Positions 19,040 through 27,293 of a stretch of DNA of 64,000 nt are shown piece after piece. The stretch's first letter is position 1. Each line of letters opens with the position of its first letter. The translations under genes were made by a program, and so were the position numbers. The stretch covers positions 3,840,001-3,904,000 of the forward strand of contig OZ244207.1 in the NCBI GenBank assembly GCA_965216875.1. The letters are read 5' to 3'. Below the pieces are notes generated by a model that saw only the letters and a list, made by a program, of their open reading frames with translations, was not told where the DNA came from and searched no databases. Source of the stretch: Rubripirellula sp. (GTDB lineage Bacteria > Planctomycetota > Planctomycetia > Pirellulales > Pirellulaceae).

Positions 19040-21337
19040 ATGTCCGATTCAAGAAAACTCGACCCGCAACTTAGCGGCCTGCTTCAATCGCTGCGGCAAC
19101 GGATCCGACGGTATATCGTCATCGATTCGTTGCTCGCGATCGCCGCGGTCGTGCTGGGAGCGTTTTGGATTGGTCTGGCACTGGACTACCTACCGGTACA
19201 AGTTGGCGGCACTGAAATGCCCCGACTTGCACGCACCCTTTTGCTGCTAGTCGTCGCCGTTGCGGTGATCTCCATCGCCATCACCATGCTCATGGGACGC
19301 TTGCATCGCAAATTGCCCGACGACAGTTTGGCCTTGCTGGTTGAACGCCAGCATCCACAGATTGGCGGAAGGCTGGTCACCGCGGTGCAACTGCAGGAGT
19401 CGGGCCGCGAAGGCGACAGCCATAGCGACGTAATGCTCAAACGCGTCCATGATCAGGCGGCCAAGGTGATCGATGAAGTTGACCCGAACAAGGTCTTTCG
19501 TTGGCAACCGCTGGTACGCAAAGGCATGATCGCTGGCCCACTGGCGTTTTGCGTCTTGGTGTTTGTTGTCATGAGTCCGAGCGCATTTGGTTTGGCACTC
19601 TCCCGTTTGACGCTTCTATCGGACCAACCCTGGCCGCGTCGTGCCGATCTGGAGATGGTTGGCGTTGAACTACCGATCGTGACCGCCGCCGAAGAAGAAA
19701 ACGCGGCCCCGCAACTCGTTGCTTTTGAAAACCAAGTGATGCGTTTGCCGCGGGGCAGCAACGGGACACTTCGCATTCGCGCCCGAGCTGACGGTGCCGA
19801 ACTGCCTGTGGTATGTACCGTTTACTATCGCACCGATGACGGCACACGAGGCCAGTCGAATATGCGGCGCGTCGGTCGTATCGTCGACGGCTATCAGTCC
19901 TTTGTGCTCGACGGCCCGCCGCTTGCGGACCTGAGCGAGTCGATGTTGTTAAGCGTGCGTGGGCTCGACGATCGACTCGATAACTTTCGCATCGAGGCGG
20001 TCGAGCCGCCGGCGATCACCTCGATGAATGTTCAAGTGCGCTACCCCGATTACCTGCGTTCTGAGGGCGCGACCGAATTCGACCTTCAAACCGACTACCA
20101 AGCTGGACTGCGTATTCGCGAAGGCAGTACGGTCAGTCTCGTTGGCACAAGCAGCCGCCAGCTTGGCGGAATCGACGTCCTCCTAAAAACAGACACGGGC
20201 AACGTCGACACCGTCCCGCTCACGCTCTCCGAAGACGGCACGCAGTTCGATCTGCCCATCGCTCAGTTCAATTCGGCAACCACCGTTCGCTTGGTTCCAC
20301 GGGACACCGATGGCATCTCGGCCCAAGCCGCCTACCGATACTTCCTTGGAGTCGTGTTGGACGAGCCGCCGCTGCTTGACGTTTCCCTTGATGGAATCGG
20401 CACGGCGGTCACGCCTGCGGTGCGGATTCCAATCAAAGCAAACGCGACGGATGACTACGGAGTCGAAAAGCTCGACCTGTTTGTGACCACCACCGACGAA
20501 CTCGGCGAAACGAGTTCAGCTGGTCTGGCACCGCCCATTGATCGCGATGGAAATGCCGAAGCCGTGATCGACCTCCGCGAAATGATCAATGCAAAGCGAT
20601 TTCCCGAAGTCATCCCCGGTGACGCGATCAGTTTGTTCGGCGAAGCCGCAGACGCTTACGACCTTGAAGGCAACCATCTCACTCGAAGCGAAGTCTATCG
20701 ATTGCAAGTGGTCACGCCGGAACAACTGCTGGCACTGCTGGAACGACGCGAATTGGCGCTGCGGGCTCGTTTGGAACAAACGGTGACGGAAACGCGCAAT
20801 CTTCGCGACACGCTCAACCTGCTGCGCCGCGGTTTTGAAGACGCCCCGAACTCGGAAGACCCTGCCGAGCAAACTCGAATCTTGCAGTTGCGTCGCCTGC
20901 GAGCTCAACAGAGTGGTTTGCAAGCTAACAAAACCTCCGAAGAACTGGCCGGGATCGCCGCCTCCCTCGACGACATTCTGCAGGAAATGATCAACAACCG
21001 GGTCGATTCGGTCGATCGGCGCGAGCGAATTGGCGCAGGTGTCCGCGATCCGCTTCGCAAGATTGTGGCGGAACCTTTGCAGGACCTGCGTGATCAAATT
21101 GCGGAAGTCGAAAAATCGATCGCCGAACCGCAAATTGCAGCGGAAAAAACGGTACTTGCCGTGGAATCGGCAGAGTACGTCTTGCTTCAATTGACCGCTG
21201 TCCTGGATAAAATGCTTGAATTGGAGAGCTACAATGAAATCCTGGACATGGTCCGCGAGCTGATTGAGGACCAACAGGGACTCCTTGACGACACAATCGA
21301 CAAGCGAAAGAACCGACTGCGAAACCTGTTCAAATAA
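19040..21337 (+). CDS. Large membrane-anchored protein with Ig-like repeats and C-terminal coiled coil (DUF4175-like architecture)
   Basis: Three N-terminal TMs, LVERQHP..GRLVTAVQL, VRYPDYL, ATDDYGV, helical C-terminus; ATG 19040. Confidence 0.75.
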   Translation: MSDSRKLDPQLSGLLQSLRQRIRRYIVIDSLLAIAAVVLGAFWIGLALDYLPVQVGGTEMPRLARTLLLLVVAVAVISIAITMLMGRLHRKLPDDSLALLVERQHPQIGGRLVTAVQLQESGREGDSHSDVMLKRVHDQAAKVIDEVDPNKVFRWQPLVRKGMIAGPLAFCVLVFVVMSPSAFGLALSRLTLLSDQPWPRRADLEMVGVELPIVTAAEEENAAPQLVAFENQVMRLPRGSNGTLRIRARADGAELPVVCTVYYRTDDGTRGQSNMRRVGRIVDGYQSFVLDGPPLADLSESMLLSVRGLDDRLDNFRIEAVEPPAITSMNVQVRYPDYLRSEGATEFDLQTDYQAGLRIREGSTVSLVGTSSRQLGGIDVLLKTDTGNVDTVPLTLSEDGTQFDLPIAQFNSATTVRLVPRDTDGISAQAAYRYFLGVVLDEPPLLDVSLDGIGTAVTPAVRIPIKANATDDYGVEKLDLFVTTTDELGETSSAGLAPPIDRDGNAEAVIDLREMINAKRFPEVIPGDAISLFGEAADAYDLEGNHLTRSEVYRLQVVTPEQLLALLERRELALRARLEQTVTETRNLRDTLNLLRRGFEDAPNSEDPAEQTRILQLRRLRAQQSGLQANKTSEELAGIAASLDDILQEMINNRVDSVDRRERIGAGVRDPLRKIVAEPLQDLRDQIAEVEKSIAEPQIAAEKTVLAVESAEYVLLQLTAVLDKMLELESYNEILDMVRELIEDQQGLLDDTIDKRKNRLRNLFK

Positions 21338-21393
21338 AACCAGCGAGCCTCCCTCGCTCATCATCGACGGTGACTCCATTTATCGAGAGTGCC

Positions 21394-23262
21394 ATGAATA
21401 CCACTAGCGAATCCATGTTTTCGACGCTTCGAAGCGGTTGGGTGGTCACCGTTCTATCTGTCGCCTGCCTGGTTGTTGCCATCCCTCGCGTCTCGGCCGA
21501 AGACACGAGTTTGAAGGATCGCCAACAAAGTGTGGCCCAGCGCTACCAGCGACTCGAAGAATTGCTGCTGCGGCTAGCGGAAGTCGAAGCCTCCGAGAAT
21601 CCCGAACGCAGTGCCTTGCTTCGTCGTGCCGCCCGACAGTCACGCGAAAAGTTTGTCCTCAAAAAAATGCAGGACGCCAGCACTGCTCTCGAAAGCGAAG
21701 AACTGCAACAGGCGGTTGATAGCCAAACTGCTGCAACGAACGAATTGGCTGCGTTGTTGAAGTTGCTCCTCAGCGAAGATCGTTCCAAACGTATTCGGGA
21801 CGAGAAAGAACGCTTCCAAAAACTCGCCAAAGATCTCAAACGCACGCTGCGAGCCCAACAATCAACGCGTGCTCGAACTGAAAACGATGCCGACCTCGAC
21901 GAAGTAAAAGACGAACAGGAATCGATCGCGGATCGCTCCGAAGGGCTCGCCGATAGCCTTTCCGAGAATGAATCGTCACAAAACGAGCCAAGCGAATCGC
22001 CCGACTCGAAAGACAATCCCGAGGGCAATAAGTCGGACGACAAAGACGCCTCTGACAACCAATCCAATGACAACGAGGATCCGAACGAAAAGGATCCAAG
22101 CAAGAACGATCCCAACGAGAAAGAGCCTGGCAAGCAGGAATCGGGCGATCAAAAGTCGAACGAGCAGGAATCGGGCAAACAGGAATCGGGCGACCCTAAG
22201 TCGGGCGACCCCAAGTCTCAGGGAAAACAATCGCAATCGGGCGATTCACAAAAGCAAGAGTCACAGGACTCGCAGAAACAAAACCCGAATTCTCAGCAGC
22301 AATCGGGGCAACCGCAGTCTCCATCAGAAAGCCAACAAAGCCAGAGTCAAAGTCAGCAGAGCAAGAGCCAAAACCAGCAGTCACAAAACCAATCCAGCAA
22401 ATCACAAAACAACCAAGCCCAGAACGCGCCGCCTACACCCGAGCAACAAGTCGAAGAACAGTTGCGTCAGGCGATCAAAAAGATGCGCCAGGCGGAAGAA
22501 GAGCTGAAGAAGGCCGAGCGTGAAAAGGCGACCGAGAAACAACGCCAAGCAGAAGAGAACCTGCGAGCAGCCATCGATCGCCTTGAACGGATCCTGCGTC
22601 AATTGCGTGAAGAAGAGATGCAACGTGAACTCGCGAAACTCGAGACGCGTTTGCGAAAGATGGCGGCGATGCAATCGAACGTTCTTGATGACACCGTGGC
22701 CCTCGCAGCGACACCAACGGGACAACGCAATCGACAGACCGATCTAAAGGCGGGTGACCTTGCCTTTGAAGAAAAGAAGATCACCTTGGAAGCGGACCGC
22801 GCCATGCTGCTGTTGCGAGAAGAGGGCTCAAGCATCGCCTTTCCTGAAGTGATTTCCCAAATCCGCGACGACACTTTAAGTGTTGCCGAACGCTTGGGCG
22901 AAACCAAAATCGACTCCGTCACGCAAGGCATCCAGCGAGACATCCTCGCGGCGCTTGAAGAAATGATCGCGGCCACGCAACAAGCACAGCGAGATCTTGA
23001 GAAACGCCGCCAACAAAAGCAGGGATCGCCTCAAAAGCAGGGCGGCCAACAAGAGCAACCGCTTGTCGAACAAATCGCGGAATTAAAATTGATTCGCACC
23101 ATGGAAACGCGAATCAAATCAACCACCCAACGATACGCCTCGCTGATCGAAGCGGGCGAGCAAGATGCTTCCGAACTCCTACCACTGCTGCAGTCTCTCT
23201 CCGAGAGACAAAACCGTCTCTACAAAGTCACGCGAGACTTGGTGCTAAAACGCAATCAATAA
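21394..23262 (+). CDS. Exported coiled-coil protein with Q/S/E-rich low-complexity linker
   Basis: Signal peptide (..PRVSA-ED), heptad-rich helices, repeats such as KQESGD/PKSGD at ~21960-22430; start could be 21415. Confidence 0.8.
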   Translation: MNTTSESMFSTLRSGWVVTVLSVACLVVAIPRVSAEDTSLKDRQQSVAQRYQRLEELLLRLAEVEASENPERSALLRRAARQSREKFVLKKMQDASTALESEELQQAVDSQTAATNELAALLKLLLSEDRSKRIRDEKERFQKLAKDLKRTLRAQQSTRARTENDADLDEVKDEQESIADRSEGLADSLSENESSQNEPSESPDSKDNPEGNKSDDKDASDNQSNDNEDPNEKDPSKNDPNEKEPGKQESGDQKSNEQESGKQESGDPKSGDPKSQGKQSQSGDSQKQESQDSQKQNPNSQQQSGQPQSPSESQQSQSQSQQSKSQNQQSQNQSSKSQNNQAQNAPPTPEQQVEEQLRQAIKKMRQAEEELKKAEREKATEKQRQAEENLRAAIDRLERILRQLREEEMQRELAKLETRLRKMAAMQSNVLDDTVALAATPTGQRNRQTDLKAGDLAFEEKKITLEADRAMLLLREEGSSIAFPEVISQIRDDTLSVAERLGETKIDSVTQGIQRDILAALEEMIAATQQAQRDLEKRRQQKQGSPQKQGGQQEQPLVEQIAELKLIRTMETRIKSTTQRYASLIEAGEQDASELLPLLQSLSERQNRLYKVTRDLVLKRNQ

Positions 23263-23277
23263 TTGCGAGAGGTCATT

Positions 23278-24342
23278 GTGTATCGAATCGCCATCATCAT
23301 TGTCAGCTTTGCGATCTTCCTTCCCGCATCGATCGCCAGATCTGACGAAGCGCTCCAGCGACAAGCAAGTTGGAATATCTTGGGATCCGACGAAATGTCG
23401 ACCATGCTGCGATCGGCACTGGACGAACTCGGAACGGCCCCACGCGACATGGATCGCATCAGTGACGACTTTCTTTCGGCCATCGAGAAAACGGACATCG
23501 ATCCGCTCGACGCCTATGTGCACACGATCCAACGACTCGTGCCCGTCGTCGAAGAACTCGTTAGCCACTCCGGAGACAACGTTGCTATCGCGGGTGCCAG
23601 CATTGATCCCAACACACCCGGCTACGGTGCCCTCGAGTCGCTTCCGAAATCAATGCGAATGTCAGTGCGAACTTGGCTGGGCCGCGAATTGATGAGAGCA
23701 AGGCTTTATGACGAAGCCCTTCCTGTGATTGCCGAAGTCGATCCCAGCGAATCGATCGATCCCGCCTCGGCGCTGTTCTACCGTGGTGCCTGCTACCACG
23801 CGCTGCTGATGAAAGACGAAGCGCTCAGCGACTTGCGAACATTGCTCGAGAACGAAGACGACTGCCCCGTCCGTTATGCCCGAACCGCCAAGATGATGGT
23901 TGCCGACATCAAGCCACTCAAAGAGGACTCGCTTGATGAGATCTCGCGACTGATGACCGATGTCACGCGACGTCTCGACCTTGGCCGCACCAACGAAGAT
24001 GTCACCGACCAAGAACAAAAAATCATCGACAAACTTTCGAAGATGATCGACAAGTTGCAGAAACAGCAACAACAGCAGCAGCAACAACAACAGCAGTCGG
24101 GCGGAAGCCAACAGGATTCCAATGACCCTAGCCAAGGCTCACCGATGGATGACAGCCGTATCGCTGGGGCCAATGGCAATGGTGATGTAGATCGGAAAAA
24201 CATCAAGCAACGTGATGGCTGGGGAAATCTGCCGCCAGCCGAGCGACAACAGGCCTTGCAGGAGATCAGTCGCGATCTTCCAACTCACTACCGCGAAGCA
24301 ATCGAAGCCTATTTCCGCAAGCTCGCGACCGATGGCCGATAG
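23278..24342 (+). CDS. Exported TPR-like protein with poly-Gln tract
   Basis: GAGAGG RBS then GTG 23278; signal peptide; LYDEAL...LFYRGACYHALL TPR-like pair; poly-Q; terminal WGNLPPAER...LPTHYREAIEAYF. Confidence 0.82.
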   Translation: MYRIAIIIVSFAIFLPASIARSDEALQRQASWNILGSDEMSTMLRSALDELGTAPRDMDRISDDFLSAIEKTDIDPLDAYVHTIQRLVPVVEELVSHSGDNVAIAGASIDPNTPGYGALESLPKSMRMSVRTWLGRELMRARLYDEALPVIAEVDPSESIDPASALFYRGACYHALLMKDEALSDLRTLLENEDDCPVRYARTAKMMVADIKPLKEDSLDEISRLMTDVTRRLDLGRTNEDVTDQEQKIIDKLSKMIDKLQKQQQQQQQQQQQSGGSQQDSNDPSQGSPMDDSRIAGANGNGDVDRKNIKQRDGWGNLPPAERQQALQEISRDLPTHYREAIEAYFRKLATDGR

Positions 24343-24354
24343 GTCTCGTCATTC

Positions 24355-24993
24355 ATGTCCACAACGATCACCACTCAATGCCAAGCGTGCTCTGCCACAC
24401 TGCAGCTCCCCGAGAGCGCAATTGGCAAACGTGCGAAATGTCCCAAGTGTGGCAGCGAGTTCACCGTTGACCGGCCTGCCGCAAACGTCAGCCAACTACC
24501 ACCGCCGCCACCGTCTCCCAACGCGGCACAAGCTTCAGTAACGCAGCAGCCACCTCCCCCTCCAAGCCAACCCATTGCACCGCAAACGGCGCCCTACGCG
24601 CCTCCGATGCCTGCAATCCAAACCGGTTCCGGTAGTGCGAAACGCCGACCCTCACTTTCTTTGATGACGATTCCGCTCTTCATCAGTGCCGGGATCTATT
24701 TGCTGATCGGCTTGGGCGTCGGCGGACTGGCTCTTTACATGCTCGCGGCGACCAACGATCCAGAGGCCTGGATTGTTTGTATTCCTCTGTTCGCGATGGC
24801 GCTGGTAAGCATCGCCTTGGCCGGGTTCATCTGGTACTTCACTTCGGAACTACCCCGCCGCAAGAAATGGGCGTGGATCGCCGCGATCATCATGGGCGCG
24901 ATGTACACGCCGTCGGCGTTCTTCTTTCTAGGCATTCCAATTTTGATCGGCGCATTCAAGTCCGATGTGATGGAATGGTACAACCGAAGTTAG
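24355..24993 (+). CDS. Zinc-ribbon (MJ0042-like) + Pro-rich linker + multi-TM membrane protein
   Basis: CQAC...GKRAKCPKC, poly-Pro linker, 3-4 hydrophobic helices. Confidence 0.8.
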   Translation: MSTTITTQCQACSATLQLPESAIGKRAKCPKCGSEFTVDRPAANVSQLPPPPPSPNAAQASVTQQPPPPPSQPIAPQTAPYAPPMPAIQTGSGSAKRRPSLSLMTIPLFISAGIYLLIGLGVGGLALYMLAATNDPEAWIVCIPLFAMALVSIALAGFIWYFTSELPRRKKWAWIAAIIMGAMYTPSAFFFLGIPILIGAFKSDVMEWYNRS

Positions 24994-25004
24994 TTGCAAG
25001 AGAG

Positions 25005-25209
25005 TAGTGCTGCGCAGAGCAGCTTCTTGCGCAGTTTTGGCGGTGCCCGTGAGCCGCTGGACGTCAGGCCGCTGGACGTCAGGCCCTTGCCGACGCGCAG
25101 TTGCAGTGAAGGCGATGAATGCCCGGCCGCTTACGCGATCGCGGCTCATTTGTGTGAACCTGGGCAAGGATTCCTGCTGGTGGAAACGCAATTGCAATCC
25201 GTAGCACTA
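25005..25209 (-). mobile_element. MITE-like element (family A, full copy) with 10-bp terminal inverted repeats
   Basis: TAGTGCTGCG (25005-14) and CGTAGCACTA (25200-09); interior matches other family A copies; internal 15-bp duplication GCCGCTGGACGTCAG; end overlaps the cheX stop. Confidence 0.65.
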
Positions 25210-25647
25210 GCAGCCTGAGTAGACCGAAACGGTCACCGGGTGCCCTTGGCAGTTCACGGTCAACGAATCGACGGGTGCACTTCCGTTCGACGTGTCGATT
25301 TCACCCGCAGCGTCGACGTTGGGAATCGAGAGTTTTGACGGCCCAGGCAGGAAGCTCTTGATGCTTCCGCCCACCATGTTGGTCAACTCAGCGAGCGTGT
25401 CGACGACATCGCTCTTGCCAACTTCACCGGGACTCATCATGAGCATGCGACTGGCTGCGTCGGTTGCAAAACCCTCGGTCGTGTCCAAATGCACGCGACC
25501 TTCCCACTCACCATTGATCTGAACACAGCCACGATAGTCGGCATCGGCCGCAGCCTGTACCGAAACATCGACCGGCTGCGCATCGATCTGCAGCATCATC
25601 GAGAAGATCTCATCGACGACGCCGAGAAGTTTTTCGTTTCCTAGCAT
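25207..25647 (-). CDS. cheX: CheX-family phosphatase
   Basis: DTLAELTNMVGG (ExxN), LSIP, GCVQINGEWEG. Confidence 0.85.
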   Translation of the reverse strand: MLGNEKLLGVVDEIFSMMLQIDAQPVDVSVQAAADADYRGCVQINGEWEGRVHLDTTEGFATDAASRMLMMSPGEVGKSDVVDTLAELTNMVGGSIKSFLPGPSKLSIPNVDAAGEIDTSNGSAPVDSLTVNCQGHPVTVSVYSGC

Positions 25648-25713
25648 TCAGCCCGCCCCCAGATGTCAGCTGCATGTGGTGTGTCAGTGAAGGTTTTACG
25701 AACGCCCTGAAAC

Positions 25714-26265
25714 CTATTGTGTGCTCAATGCTTCGGAAGCGTAGCGAGCAATCAAGTCATCGGCTGCCGGAGCCTCGGCGACTTCTTCCTTCGACTCGGA
25801 AGCGGAATCGGGAAGCTCCATCGCAATCTTCATTGCAACTTTGCCCCAGTCACACTCGAAACAAAGACAGACTTCGTCCATCGCCCCGTACGATTGCACG
25901 CGGCTGCCAATCACCACCGATGGCAAGGCCAAAACGAGTCCCGTACGTTGCAAGCCCGCCTTGGCGGTTCCCGAAACGATGTTGGTCAGCTCGGCGACCG
26001 TATCGAGCACATCCGATTCAAGAGTCTCGTAGGGCATTCCCGTAAGTGCCTCGGTCGCCTTCAAGGCAACATTGGGCTCAAGAATGATGACCATCGTCCC
26101 GGAACCAGATCCGGTGTACCCGATCGTTCCGAACACACGCTCGGTCTCGCACCAAAACGTGTCATCAGAGGGAAATTCATCGGCAACACGAATCGGACAG
26201 CCTAAGAGCTTGTCAAATGTGTCCGTTACCGACTCTTGGAATACTAGCGTATCGTTCGAGTTCAT
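25714..26265 (-). CDS. cheX: CheX-family phosphatase (second paralogue)
   Basis: GTIGYTGSGSG, DTVAELTNIVSG (ExxN), LALPSVVIG; acidic C-terminal tail. Confidence 0.87.
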   Translation of the reverse strand: MNSNDTLVFQESVTDTFDKLLGCPIRVADEFPSDDTFWCETERVFGTIGYTGSGSGTMVIILEPNVALKATEALTGMPYETLESDVLDTVAELTNIVSGTAKAGLQRTGLVLALPSVVIGSRVQSYGAMDEVCLCFECDWGKVAMKIAMELPDSASESKEEVAEAPAADDLIARYASEALSTQ

Positions 26266-26452
26266 CTAAGCGGCTTTTATGTGTGAGTTTGGCTGTTGTT
26301 GTTCAAGGTGCGTGGGAAACCGTCGGCACCTCGTTATCGCTGCCATTCGCCCGTTGGCGCAGGAACATCGTCGCAACACTCGTGGTCACGCATGTCTGCC
26401 TGCTGCAGCGTGTTTGTCGTTGATCATTTCGCGCAACGCGTTGCGCGCTGGA

Positions 26453-26824
26453 TCAAGTTGCACAGGGCAAGTGCTTGAGAATCTTGTCCCGCAGCACGTC
26501 GTTATCAAACGGCTTGGTCAAGTAGTCAGTGACCCCTGCTTGGATGGCTTCCACAACCCGCTCCTTCTCAGATTCGGTCGTCACCAGAACCACTGGAAGC
26601 GTCGCGCCAGAGCCACGAATCAATTTCAAGAATTCGAGACCCGACATGTTTGGCATGTTCCAGTCGGTCAGGACGAGGTCGAATTCGCCTCGTTGAAAGA
26701 TTTCCCAAGCTTCATCACCGTCGCCCGCTTCTGTGACTTCAGTTACGCCGATCGCATTCAACGAACGAAGAATGATCTTGCGCATTACGCCGGAATCGTC
26801 AACTAACAGTACTTTGCTGCTCAT
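26453..26824 (-). CDS. cheY: Single-domain response regulator CheY
   Basis: KVLLVDDS, LTDWNMPNMSG, LVTTE, YLTKPF; ATG 26824. Confidence 0.92.
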   Translation of the reverse strand: MSSKVLLVDDSGVMRKIILRSLNAIGVTEVTEAGDGDEAWEIFQRGEFDLVLTDWNMPNMSGLEFLKLIRGSGATLPVVLVTTESEKERVVEAIQAGVTDYLTKPFDNDVLRDKILKHLPCAT

Positions 26825-27293
26825 CAGAGTCTGCCCTATTTCCTTTTCTTTCGTGCGAGCTATGAACTCACACACCACGCGATCTGTCAAAACGGCGTCT
26901 GCATACAGACAGACATCCGAGGACACCAAAGATGTAGCTTGTAAAAAGATGAGGTCTAAGAAAAACATGCTCATTTTGAGCGTCGGTGTGTTTTGCGAAA
27001 CATTCCACCCGATAGAGTGCCGGCTATAGCAGTCGTAGCAACCTCGATCGTTTTCGCGAACACAGTGTGACGGTCGTGCGGGAAACAACAGTTACGCATT
27101 GCGCACCACCGAGGCAAAAGAGCACGCCCCACTTCCAATCACCGATCACGCATGCTCAAAAAACTCACCCAATCGAAAAAGAATCTCCTTGCATGTTTTT
27201 GTGTGTTAAGTTTTGACGATCGCGAAATCCTAAACGAACGCGACGCTAAAAACGCCATCAATGGCGTGCACAATACACCTCGGGGGCAATACG

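Noticed and set aside
21960..22430. DNA tandem repeat or frameshift in the Q/S-rich region
   Set aside because: The frame stays open; the periodicity reflects a low-complexity protein linker.
26430..26447. Perfect 18-bp palindrome CGCGCAACGCGTTGCGCG after cheY
   Set aside because: Single copy, no U-tract, GC-rich; no function can be supported.
26825..27293. Sigma28 or sigma54 promoters in the divergent che intergenic region
   Set aside because: Only partial -10-like hits (CCGATAG, CCGATCA) with no correctly spaced -35; no clean -24/-12 site seen.
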